In this document: piece by piece, positions 1 to 10,603 of the stretch | Layout of the letters: each line of letters opens with the position of its first letter | How positions within the stretch are numbered: the first letter of the stretch is position 1 | Source: Octopus sinensis | Taxonomy: Eukaryota | Length of the DNA: 39,457 nt | Direction: 5' to 3' | NCBI RefSeq assembly: GCF_006345805.1 | Contig: NW_021835515.1 | Span: 1 to 39,457, forward strand | Notes under the pieces: generated by a model | Databases searched by the model: none | What the model was told of the DNA's origin: nothing | The model's input: only the letters and a program-made list of their open reading frames with translations | Made by a program: the position numbers and the translations under genes

Positions 1-104
1 TATATATATAATTATATATATATATATAGGTATATAAATCTTATATTGTAGTCATACGCATTTAGATATATACACAACACTATATCAATGTGTATACTTT
101 TTCT

Positions 105-563
105 TTAATTCTTTTATTTGTTGAAGTCATTTGCTGCGCCATGGGAGCACAATCATATACCTTGAGCCCTATAAATTGACATCAGGGATTATTTTTGTAA
201 GCCAAGTACTTATTTTATTGGCCGCTTTTTGCCGAACCGCAATGTTAAGGAGGGGGGGAGCGTAAAAACCCTGCTGTAAGTATATGAAAGGGTAACAAAC
301 ATAGTTGCAAAGACAGAACACACATAACACAAACACAAACTCACACACACACTTATGCATCAACATATATATATATATTAATATATATATATATATATAT
401 ATATATAACGAAATTCTTTCGGTTTTTCGTCTACCAAATCCACTCGTAAGGCTTTGGTCACCGAGGCTATAGTAGAAGACACTTTCCAATTGCCCATGCA
501 GTGGAACTGAACCTGGATCTATCTGCTTGCGAACCATCTATCTTACCACATAGCCCGCCTATG
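105..563 (-). mobile_element. tRNA-derived SINE, family 1 (GGAGTGGCTGTGTGGTAAG type), diverged copy
   Basis: Reverse complement aligns by eye with the + copies at 10182-10603 and 19516-19932: head with box B-like GGTTCAGTTCC, internal (TA)n/(CA)n, and the CGGTTCGGCAAAA tail segment. Confidence 0.8.
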
Positions 564-1920
564 CATTGTGTTTATGTATAAGTCTTTATAAGGATGAACA
601 GGACAAACAAATATTTAAATAATAATTCTGACGTGCAGTAACAATGTTATGGTTGCTTTGAACCAAATGCTCACCGACAAATGATCGTCAGGAAACAACT
701 TATTGTTTAATTTGCATAGTTATAGAAAGATAGAGAGAGAGGGAGAAATAAATCATATATACATGTGTGTTTAGATACAATGTTAAATCTTAAAAGAAAA
801 GTAACAAAAATTGGTTTAACCTTTATAACGCCGACTCCAAATATTACTTCAGTTTGAAATTTTCTACAGAAATTAAAAGTCTTATCCCTTATCTGAATAT
901 TCTATTCCTCAATAAATTTTTAGTCTCACGTTCCGGCTGCTATCCGATAAGCATACTGAATGAAATACCCTGTTGTAATAATTCTCAATTTTTTTTAACG
1001 AGAGTGGCAGTATTTCCCCTTGATGTACGTGATTGGGCTGAAATTCTTTAATATCCGGAAAATAAATCCATTTTCCAGCTAGTCACCATTCCTACACGTC
1101 AAGTGTTAAATGGTCGCTGTGTAACATGAGATGAAGTATCTAGTGCGCAATACACATCTCGGTCCCTGTATTGAAATCACGACCTTGTACCCCAATCACG
1201 ACTTCATGTGTACTCGACTTCTTTTATATTACAAAATTTATTTTTTCATATGTCCTGGCAACACCCAGAGAATATTCTTATCTACTTGAAGGTTTTTGTA
1301 AAACAAACGCCATTGTTTTTATCGATTATTGGAATGGAATGGCGATATCTGCTCAAAAACGACCTCATCTCTCTAATTACTAAAATGCAAAGCCGACGAA
1401 TTTCCTTGTTTCACAACTATATTTCAGTTGGTTGTAAAGTATTCTTGTTGTTCTCTGATGACAAGACGAGATCAGAGGCGTTTTCGTCATGATCATCCCT
1501 TTGATTTATTTACATCGTAATGTGTGTTCTATTCTTTCCGTGGTTAAGACGGTAGGGTGTGAACAATGGAATATCATTGTCTCAAATGCTTACGATAGGG
1601 CTGATAGCGCAAATGTTCAAGTAATGGGCATTCATTAGTCCTGAAACCTACAGCTACAATCATTATTGTAATATATCACATGATGTAATTGTTAATTTCA
1701 TAGATCTCTCCGACATATAATCTGACCTTCTATCAAGATGAACAATCAATTTATTAAATGGCATCTAGGCCTGAATTATTCTGCTACTAGCAGAAGAATG
1801 AAAGGGATATTTACGTGGTGTACTCTCCATGTGTCTTTAGGCTAAAACTTTACTTTTGATATCTTCATTATTAATTACCGAAAAAGAAAAACATGAATGC
1901 AATTATCGCCAGCGGCAGGC

Positions 1921-2925
1921 AATTCTGCATCAGAAGTAAATACTTTGAAAATGATGTGGTAAAAATTTGAAAAGTTCAAGTGGTTGTAAGGAACTTAACA
2001 AGATACCGATCGGCCAAATTACTGGGACGTAAAAATCGGAACCTGTTCCCAAGCGGTCATAGTGGATAAACTGAAACACATACACATATACATACACACG
2101 CTCACATATCTAGATATATACATATATGTAAAAAAAAATATATATATATATACATAAGTGTGTGTGTGTTATATATATAACAAAGTGAGGGCGCGTGGCT
2201 TAGTGGTTAGGGCATTCGGCTCATGATCGTAAGTTGTGAGTTCGATTCCCGGCGACGCGTTGTGTCCCTTGAGCAAGACACTTATTTCACGTTGCTCCAG
2301 TCCACTCAGCTGGCAAAATGAGTTGTACTTGTATTTCAAAGGGTCAGCCTTGTCACTCTCTGTGTCACGCTGATTATCCCGAGAACTACGTTAAGGGTAC
2401 ACGGTGTCTGTGGAATGCTCAGCCATTTGCACGTTAATTTCACGAGCAAGCTGTTCCGTTGATCGTATCAGCTGGGACCCTCGTCGTCGTAACCGGCGGA
2501 GTCTTTTTAATATATACAAATAAGTTTGGGGCTACTATAAATATATATATTGAAATATAGGATAAAATTTTTACGAGGATTTATCAAGTAGTTATTGTGA
2601 AAAACCTCAGAAGGGATAACTTATAATTATCCCTATGAATATATTTATATATATTAAGGGCATTACTATACATAAATGCCTCACGCTAGGAGGGTCTCTT
2701 GAAGTCAAAACTACTATAATGCCCACATTGTACAAACCGCGAGGGAATGCAACTCTCAAAGCGAGCCTCCAGAAACAGACTTAGCTGAAATGATTTCGTA
2801 ATTAGTGCAGAAAATGCACTTTTCACTCATCGGCGCAACCTTAGTCAAGACATATAAAAATTATCAAAAATCAATTTACCAGACGAACACATGTATTCTT
2901 GCGTTTGATACAATGTGTGGTTATT
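1921..2925. repeat. Segment duplicated at 33263-33943, where the SINE at 2187-2508 is absent
   Basis: Colinear match from aattctgcatcagaagtaaat... to ...gatacaatgtgtggttattat. Confidence 0.9.
2187..2508 (+). mobile_element. tRNA-derived SINE, family 3 (CORE-SINE-like), with degenerate target-site duplication
   Basis: Box A TGGCTTAGTGG and box B GTTCGATTCCC, then CORE-like GTTGTGTCCCTTGAGCAAGACACTT, short T tail. Flanks atatatataacaaagt / aatatatacaaat. Empty site at about 33525-33545. Confidence 0.85.
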
Positions 2926-2991
2926 ATAGTAGTGTTGACTTCAGAGTCCCCCTTAGCGCGAGGCATTTCTATATAGTAATGCCCTTAATAT
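2651..2991. mobile_element. MITE, about 340 bp, with about 70 bp terminal inverted repeats, in TA-rich flanks
   Basis: 2651-2720 atattaagggcattactatacataaatgcctcacgctaggagggtctcttgaagtcaaaactactataat is the near reverse complement of 2923-2991. No coding capacity. Confidence 0.85.
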
Positions 2992-3239
2992 CAATATATA
3001 TATGTATATATATATATATATGATATATATAGACGTGCGTATGTATATGTGTTTATATATATACATACATATTCATATATATTATTTTCTACTTTAATAA
3101 AGTGTTCACTATATATAGAAACACTTCGAAGTGCTGAAGAGATTAGAACTTGAGACTTTAGATATGTAAAGAAACGACAAGCAAATTAGATATTTATTTA
3201 CATTTACATATATGAAGATACATTGAATCGAAAACAAAA

Positions 3240-3830
3240 AGGTAAATGTGTATGGATATTAAGAAGACATAGTCTAATTTTCAGATAAAACAGTATCACA
3301 AAGAGAATAGTAGAGTTTTAAGTGTTCTACGGCCGTTTCAGGGATCTTTTGGTCCTGATATATGACATATATCAGGGTCCATTGTTGGATAACATCACCT
3401 CTCCAGGGAAGAATTTTATATTAAAAATTTCGCATTTAAAATGTTGACATGACAGAGGGTAAAGACTGATTGATTTTATAGAGGGCTACATTTATTAGGA
3501 AGGGGAGTTTAGGGATGTTTAGACAGAGAATAGTTGCAGGATGGAGAAAATAGATTTCAAGATCATAAGACCACTGATGGTATTAAAGGTGAGAGTGGTA
3601 GAAATGGATTAGTTTATGTCCAAGTTAAATTAGTGAAAAAAGGATGGACTTAAGCGGTTCGATATCAGATAAGGGTATGAGAGGGAGGTTATAACTTCTA
3701 TTCTAGGCTTTCCATCCGACTCATTTGCCCCAGAAAATCCGACTTGGGTCGAATTAGGTAATGCATTGTTGACCGTATTATACACCGTGTCAGGAATAAC
3801 GTTGAGCTCCCGCTATGGAATTGCACTTGA
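3240..3830 (-). mobile_element. Decayed 3' end of a Penelope-like element (GIY-YIG C-terminal remnant plus pseudo-LTR)
   Basis: Frameshifted minus-strand FDPSRIF..GK*VGWKA resembles the PLE endonuclease C-terminus, followed by a C/T-rich tract and a hammerhead-like motif. Confidence 0.5.
3322..3413 (-). ncRNA. Hammerhead-ribozyme-like motif (variant/decayed type I)
   Basis: Minus strand: CUGGAGA, stem II GG(U)GAU/AUCCC enclosing a 10-bp hairpin CCUGAUAUAU/AUAUAUCAGG, extra U, GAAAC-GGCC-GUA. A6 is mutated and stem I is weak. Confidence 0.55.
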
Positions 3831-3921
3831 GATGTTATTTTTGGTTTCCCTCTTTCCACCATAGACGCACGAATTTTCCTTCAGTTTGACATGTCAAATT
3901 ATTGCAATATTTACAATGGAC

Positions 3922-4135
3922 AAGGCGCCGAGTAGGCAGAAACGTTTGCACGCAGGGCAAAATGCTTAGCGTTCTGTTTTTTACGTTATGAGTTCAAAAT
4001 TTCGCCGATTTCGACTTTACCTTTCATCCTTTCGGGTTTGAAACAGTAAGTACCCGTTGCATAGTGGGGTCGATCTAATCATTGGGCTCTAACCCCAAAA
4101 TTTCGGGCTTTGTGACTAGAGTAGATAAGAATAAT
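3922..4135 (+). mobile_element. tRNA-derived SINE, family 2 (GGCGG-GAGCTGGCAGAA type), diverged
   Basis: aaggcgccgagtaggcagaaacg...gagttcaaaatttcgccga...ctttcatcctttcggg matches the copies at 12861, 30645 and 35508. Confidence 0.8.
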
Positions 4136-4173
4136 TACAATCGACAGACAGGTGTCCTCATCTTGTTAGTTGT

Positions 4174-4221
4174 TACTACAACGTTTCGGCTGAGGAATTC
4201 TCCAGCCTTCTTCAGATGTCC
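4174..4221 (-). ncRNA. Minimal PLE-type hammerhead motif (decayed stem I)
   Basis: Minus strand: CUGAAGA-A-GGCUG/CAGCC-GAAAC-GU-U, with an ACGU palindrome in place of stem III. Stem I pairs only about 2 bp. Confidence 0.55.
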
Positions 4222-4379
4222 TATTACAATAAAGTGTAGACATCTACCCGTCCAATTCAAATATCATACATAATTCCTCACTCTAAATTATAAAACAGTA
4301 TCAAATGATTACCCGTCAATATCACAAATACTTTTGGATAAAACCTTAATATTTGCCCGAAATTATGCTACCATCCTAA

Positions 4380-4930
4380 ATGCCGTTGAGGAGGCTTGAC
4401 GATGGCCAATAGAAGGCCGATATAATATAATGAAAATCGTAACTTACCAAAGAATTGGTTTCACCTCTGTTCGTAAGAGTTAGTGAATGTTTATATATAT
4501 ATTTGCGCATATATATATATATATGTTACGTCATTTGTTTATTTACCATACATTTTTTCATTGAAGTAGCGGAACACAACGCACACAATTATGCATATAT
4601 ATATATATATGTCTGTGTGTGTGTGTGTGTTTGTGTGTGTAGATATAGATTGGCGTCTTTGTTTCTCATTATATGAAAGCGATATGAAAGTTTGCGTCAG
4701 CAGTCAAATGGGCGGTTGCTAGTGGAAGAGTGTAAATAAGAGAGGGGAAGAAAGTGATAGAAAGAGAGAGGGAGGGCGGGAGAAAGAAGATGTAGTGGGT
4801 TTTGTTTGTGTTGTGTGTGTATGCGTAAATGTATGAGATTGTTTGCATCCGCAAAACTGAAATTAACTTGAAATAATCTAAGTACAATTTTACAAATTGT
4901 GATATCTCTGTATGTGTGGTATATGTGTAG

Positions 4931-4972
<42 letters not shown>

Positions 4973-5102
4973 ATACATATATATATAATATATATATATA
5001 AACACGCACACACAGTTATCACATAATATATACGTATATATTCATTATATGTATATATCTAAATATACATATATAATATATATAATATATATATATATAT
5101 AT
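4380..5102. repeat. Modules P+B of the composite array (partial copy 0)
   Basis: P matches 17200-17330. B matches 8285-8860, 17335-18020 and 23205-23800, and 7655-8012 in inverted orientation. Confidence 0.9.
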
Positions 5103-5266
5103 CAGGGCGTGCGGTGACTTCCGGGACTGGACATGCAATGAATTTCTTTGCCCCCCCCCCCCCGACAATTTTCAGGAAAAAACTTTGGAATTCCTACGAT
5201 TTACATATGGGAGATTCTGAATATTCAATCAACCCCGTATGACCTAGAATAAAAAAAAAACGTCGC

Positions 5267-5556
5267 CTTGGTACTTAAGAAAAGTGGTCCCGTTGCGCGC
5301 GCCTTGGTATTTAAGAAAAGTGGTCTCGTTGCGCGCGCTCGCGCATCCGCGCTGGCTAGTCGTGACTAGTCGATCCTACGACTATCTAGCAAACTAAATA
5401 AAATTTTTAAACAAAATATATAAAACACAAAAACACAAAGTAAATAATGTTTTAAACAAAGTAAATAAAACACAAAGTAAGGATCGACTAGTCACGACTA
5501 GCTGGCGTGGATGCTCGGGTGCGCGCACCGAGACCACTCTTCTTAAATAGTACCCA
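5267..5556. repeat. GC-rich fold-back / MITE-like element nested in the hAT
   Basis: About 70 bp arms (about 5305-5378 and 5478-5556) are near reverse complements around an A-rich spacer of about 100 bp. About 34 bp at the left end is tandemly duplicated. Each arm has an internal CTAGTC-NN-GACTAG hairpin. Confidence 0.8.
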
Positions 5557-6560
5557 TGATTTTTAAATTGTTTGCAATACTCATCAAATTTGTTGAAATT
5601 CGAAAGTTCCATGAATTTAAACTCTTCTAAGGATGAATATCGTGCTTTTATTTGGTCAACTATTGTACTGATAATTTTGTTATAAAGCATTTTATAATGT
5701 CGTTGGGGCTCAAAAGATATATTCTTGGATCTCTGAATTCCGATTCCTGCATCGACTCCATACCCCCCCCCCCCGGGTTCAGTTCCACTGCGTGGCACCT
5801 TGGGCAAGGGTCTTCTACTTTAGTGTCGGGCCGACCAAAGCCTTGTGAGTGGATTTGGTAGACGGAAACTGAAAGAAGCCCGTGGTATATATGTATATAT
5901 ATGCGTGTGTGTGTTTGTGCGTCTGTGTTTGTCCCCCTAGCATTGCTTGGCAACCGATGCTGGTGTGTTTATGTCCCCGTTACTTAGCGGTTCGGCAAAA
6001 TAGACCGATAGAATAAGTCCCGGGGTCGAGTTGCTCGATTAAAGGCGGTGCTCGAGCATGGCCGCATTCAAATGACTGAAACAAGTAAAAGAGATTGAAA
6101 AATTATCAAGTTTGTTTTCGAGTACAGTTCTAGTTTTATCTATTTGATCTTTACAATACACTATGTCATGACTTTTACTCTGGAGGATGTTAAATATGAA
6201 AAAAGAAAAAATCTTACTGAATACTTCTAACAAAAATAAGAATCAGGAGCTTTTAAAGTTTGGAAGGATCAATTGCTGAATTTATGGTGGTATCATCCCA
6301 TGCTTCAGGAGTTTCAAATGATGTGCTCAAAAAGGCTGATTATGAAATGATAATTTTCCTTTGTGGTAATAATAAGCCGTGAGGCTGTTGCCTTCGGAAA
6401 TCTTTTTTTTTTAACAATGTTATCTAATGCATTAGCCCTTTTCGGTGTTGGTCTCCCACCGATATAATTAATTATTTTCCATCGAATTCTCCTTTCGAAA
6501 AACTATTTTCTCAAAATATCGTTTATAACACACATTTCACTCATTTCGTAAAAGGCTTTT
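5557..6560 (-). pseudogene. hAT transposase fragment (ZMYM1-like hAT group), frameshifted and split by a SINE
   Basis: Joining frames gives PKRANALDNIVKKRFPK...HIIETPEAWDDTTINSA...LLEVFSKIFS..NILQSKSHDIVYCKDQIDKTR, then after the SINE QRHYKMLYNKIISTIVDQIKARYSSLEEFKFMEL. These resemble recalled hAT transposase C-terminal segments. Confidence 0.7.
5770..6097 (+). mobile_element. SINE family 1, 5'-truncated, inserted in the hAT transposase
   Basis: gggttcagttccactgcgtggcaccttgggcaag...gacggaaactgaaagaagcccg...gactgaaacaagtaaaagag. Confidence 0.9.
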
Positions 6561-6670
6561 CTTATATACGAACACACGTGGAAGCGCCGGCGTAAATTGT
6601 AAGTCAATTTCAACAACGAAACAAAAATTACAGAAAGTGGGTATCATGCGGTCAGCGCATAGCATGACAT

Positions 6671-7020
6671 GCCACTGAGAGAAAGAGGAAGGGGGTACAA
6701 GATATTATGAACGACCTTTCCTCCTAGCATCTGCTTTATCAATTTACTAGAGAGAGAGAGGAAGGAGGGACAAACTAAGAAACAGAGAGGGAGGTCACGG
6801 GATCTTCTCACAGCATAGCCACTAAGAGAAAGAGAAGGGAGTAAAAATATTTCAAATGCCCTATCCCCTTAGCATGTCTTTTAAACAAGTCGCTAAGAGT
6901 GAGAGAGAGAGGAAGGAAGGACAAACTGAGACAGAGAGGGAGTGTCTAACATGCTGGTCTTGTCATGCATGACTTCTAAAAGCAGAAGTAGAATCACTGA
7001 GAGAGAAGGGGAGAAAATAC
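6671..7020. repeat. Imperfect tandem repeat of about 150 bp (about 2.3 copies) in the hAT subterminal region
   Basis: Units start at about 6671, 6818 and 6995 with (gc)cactRagaga and share gagagagaggaagga.ggacaaact..ga.acagagaggga. Confidence 0.7.
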
Positions 7021-7137
7021 AACTGGACGGATTTTCTTTGAAACAAAGTAACTATTTTATCTAATTTTCCGATCATATGGATAAAAAAAATCACAGGGCA
7101 TGCAACGCATACCTTGCATACCTGATAGTGCACGCCC

Positions 7138-7140
<3 letters not shown>

Positions 7141-7190
<50 letters not shown>

Positions 7191-7193
7191 ATA

Positions 7194-7241
<48 letters not shown>

Positions 7242-7245
7242 ATAC
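7141..7245. repeat. (TA)n microsatellite, representative of many (TA)n, (CA/GT)n and (GA)n tracts across the window
   Basis: Directly visible. Other long tracts at about 8720-8945, 16230-16360, 18676-18732, 22461-22500 and 26520-26620. Confidence 0.95.
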
Positions 7246-7654
7246 ATTCATGCACATTTATGTGTGTGTGTGTGTGCCGCATCCCTGAAATCTGAAATAA
7301 TCTAAGTACTATTTTACAAATTGTGATATCGGTGTGTGTGTATATGTATGTATATATATATATAGACACGCACACACAATTATCAGAATTATATATACGT
7401 ATATATTCATGTATATGAATATATCTATATACATATATATATATATGTATATACATATCATACATTTATGCACATATTGTGTGTGTGTGTGTGTGTGCGT
7501 GTGTGTGCCGTATCACTGAAATCTGAAATATTAGAAGAATTTACCAAAAACTTTCAACCATTATAAAAATGATTGCCTTGCTGATGCCTTCCATGAAATG
7601 GCACAAAAGACGCAAATCTACATAGAAACACACATGCACGCACATATATAAACA

Positions 7655-8012
7655 TATGCAAACAGTCTCATACATTTACGCATACACACACCATATACAC
7701 ACACAAAACCCTCTTCTTCTTCTTTCTCCTCTCTCTCTCTCTCTTTTTATCACTTTCTTTCCCCTCTCTCATTTACACTCTTCCACTAGCACCGCCCATC
7801 TTTGACTGCTGACGCAACTTTTCATATCGCTTTCATATAATGAGAAACAAGACGCCAATCTATATCTACACCACACACAAACACACAACACACACACACA
7901 CACACACCCCATATATATATATATATACATATATAATATATATATATGTAATGTGTGTTTGTGTTCCGCTACTTCAATGAAAAATGTATGGCAAATAAAC
8001 AAATGACGTAAC
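7655..8012 (-). repeat. Inverted copy of module B
   Basis: Reverse complement of about 8290-8645 and about 4515-4850. Confidence 0.9.
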
Positions 8013-8357
8013 AAGTGTGTAATGTGAAACAAAAGTCAACCTGACATTCGACAAGTGAACACATTCCAAATAACTTATATATGTGTGTGTGTATGTGTGT
8101 ATGTGTGTCTATGATGCATATATGTATTATATATATATATATATATAGAGCATATGCATAAATCTGAAATATCCCAACGTGCATTTACAAATACATAATA
8201 TATACATACAAGCTCTTACATACATAAATGCAAACACACACCATACACGCACATATATAAAAATAAAACTCCTACATTAATATATATTTTGCGTCATTTG
8301 TTTATTTACCATTCATGAAGTATAGTAACACACCGCACACAATTATGCATATATATA

Positions 8358-8403
<46 letters not shown>

Positions 8404-8755
8404 TGCGTTTTGTTGTGCGTGTGTGTGTAGATATAGATTGACGTCTTTATTTCTCATTATATGAATGCGATATGAAAAGTTTGCGTCAGCAGTCAAAGAT
8501 GAGCGTTGATAGTGGAAGAGTGTAAATGAGAGAGGGGAAAGAAAGTAAGAGAGAGAGAGAGAGGGCGGGAGAAAGAAAAGTAAGAGGGTTTTGTGTGTGT
8601 ATGTGGTGTGTGTGTATGCGTAACTGTATGAGACTGTTTGCATCCGCGGAACTGAAATTAACTTGAACTAATCTAAGTACTATTTTACAAATTGTGATAT
8701 ATCTGTGTGTGTGTATATATGTATGGATATATATATATCTATATATATATTATAT

Positions 8756-8789
<34 letters not shown>

Positions 8790-8859
8790 ACACGCACACA
8801 CAGTTATCAGAATTATATATACGTATATATTCATGTATATGTATATATCTATATATACT

Positions 8860-8944
<85 letters not shown>

Positions 8945-8989
8945 AATATTATACATTCATGCACATTTATGTGTGTATGTGTGTGTGTG

Positions 8990-9460
8990 TGCCGAATCAT
9001 TGAAATCTGAAATATTATTAGAAGAAATTTACCAAAAAGTTTCAAACATGATAAAACATGAATGCCTTGCTGATGCCTTCCATGAAATGGCACAAAAGAC
9101 GCAAATCTACATAGAAACACTTTATTCCCTTCTTACATACCAACACCAAAATGAGAACCAAAGCAGAACTCCAGAAACGGATATCCACAACCTAAATTCA
9201 ACAACACAAGACGTACTAAAAGAATTGAATGAACTCAGCTTGGAAAAAGGAGACATACAAAAAGAGAAATCAAATGAAAAACATCCGGGTTAAGATATTA
9301 AATAAAAGAAACCAAGCATATTGCAGAGCCCTAAACAATTAAAACCTAGCCAACACTTATGAACAGTGGAGGGGCAGAGAAGAAGTAATACTCTCAAGAA
9401 ACTTTCGTATCAAAGAAATAACGTCAGAAGCAAAGGAAAAAACAAAAAATATTTGAGAAA
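8990..9460 (+). pseudogene. Decayed coding fragment, probably retroelement-derived (module K1); second copy at 23890-24356
   Basis: About 150 codons across one frameshift (AESLKSEILLEEIYQK...; ILNKRNQAYCRALNNENLANTYEQW...ILSRNFRIKE). Starts and ends abruptly at microsatellite or module junctions. Family not identified. Confidence 0.4.
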
Positions 9461-10062
9461 AATCGTTTAAAAGCGACATTAACCGGAAATGATCAAAGTA
9501 TTGTTATTCGATCAGACGACAGATTTTTCATGTTTTACAATCATCTCACTTTTGCTCGATAACTATTGATCATCGATCTCTACCGAAATACACCGTCTAA
9601 AGTCAAAATTAAAATGAAGTACATTTCTAAATTCTTTGTTAGACCCTCCAGTGTTCACATTGTCATCCACCATTCTCTTCGTGAAGAATCTCTGAAGCTT
9701 AAGCTGGATGTGCTAGAAATAGCAGCCAAATATTTCCTCTGAGCAGACGATAGATTCATTTAACGATAGTGTCACTTCAGAAAATCAAGTTATCAATAAC
9801 GATAATAATTTAAATGGTATATATAATGATTGACATGGAAGCAAACGATACAAATTCATTTAACAATAGTTCGTTCTGAAAATTACGTTTGTGAAATAAA
9901 GTATATGATAGAGAAATTATAACAATTCTGAAGAGGAATTAAAGTTTTAGCAGCTTTAAAGTTATGGGAAAAGAATTTTCGTTATCAAAGTAGCAATATT
10001 TTATACGAGAAGATGACAGGCGAGGATTTTGTGGTGTGAAGGTCTTCAATTGTAATGTCCTG

Positions 10063-10095
<33 letters not shown>

Positions 10096-10181
10096 TGTGT
10101 GTTTTGTGCCTGTGTGTGTGTGATGCACTGAGATATATAACGATTATAATAATTGACACAATTATATTCCAAACTTCTATA

Positions 10182-10603
10182 GGCGCGGGAGTGGCTGTGT
10201 GGTAAGTAGCTTGCTTACCAACCACATTGTTCCGGGTTCAATCCCACTGCGTGGCACTTTGGGCGAGCGTCTTCTACTATAGCCTCGGGCCGACTAAAGC
10301 CTTGTGAGTGGATTTAGTAGACGGAAACTGAAAGAAGCCCGTTGTATATATGCATATATAATATTCTATTTATGTGTGTGTTTGTATGTCAGTGTTTGTC
10401 CCGCCCCGCCCCAACATCGCTTGACAACCGATGCTGGTGTGTTTATGTCCCTGTAAGTTAGCGGTTCGGCTAAAGAGACCGATAGAAGAGTACTAGGCTT
10501 ACATGAATAAGTCCTTGGGTCGATTTACTCGACAAAAGGCGTGCTCCATCACGGCCACATTCAAATCACTGAAACAAGTAAAAGAGTAAAAAGAGAGAGA
10601 GAG
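10182..10603 (+). mobile_element. SINE family 1, full length
   Basis: Box A TGGCTGTGTGG, box B GGTTCAATCCC, internal (TA)/(TG) tract, tail gaaacaagtaaaagagtaaaa(ga)n. Confidence 0.92.

Larger units (their letters stand above)
5103..7140 (-). mobile_element. Internally deleted hAT-superfamily DNA transposon with both termini
   Basis: Left end CAGGGCGTGC (5103-5112) and right end GCACGCCCCTG (7130-7140) form a 10-11 bp TIR. Both flanks are ATATATAT, compatible with an 8-bp TSD in (TA)n. Transposase remnant inside. Confidence 0.8.

Noticed and set aside
690-1920. Unique stretch with stop-poor minus frames containing GRDFNT and HSDH words, suggesting an APE-type LINE endonuclease
   Set aside because: Motif spacing does not fit the APE fold and the frames are broken. 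No family could be supported without a BLASTx or HMM search.
2189-2262. tRNA-like head with a CAT anticodon-like loop
   Set aside because: No proper acceptor stem, and it continues into a CORE-like SINE body, so it is a SINE rather than a tRNA gene. The same applies to the SINE1 and SINE2 heads.
3122-3175. Palindrome CACTTCGAAGTG followed by CTGAAGA...GAGAC on the + strand as a fifth hammerhead
   Set aside because: GAAA is mutated and stems I, II and III do not pair convincingly.
6671-7020. Repeated blocks as a CRISPR-like array
   Set aside because: Repeats are long, degenerate and lack unique regular spacers; the context is eukaryotic with no cas genes.
7077-8945. ORFs rich in YIYI, CVCV and HTHT here and throughout the window
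   Set aside because: These are translations of (TA)n, (GT)n and (CA)n microsatellites.
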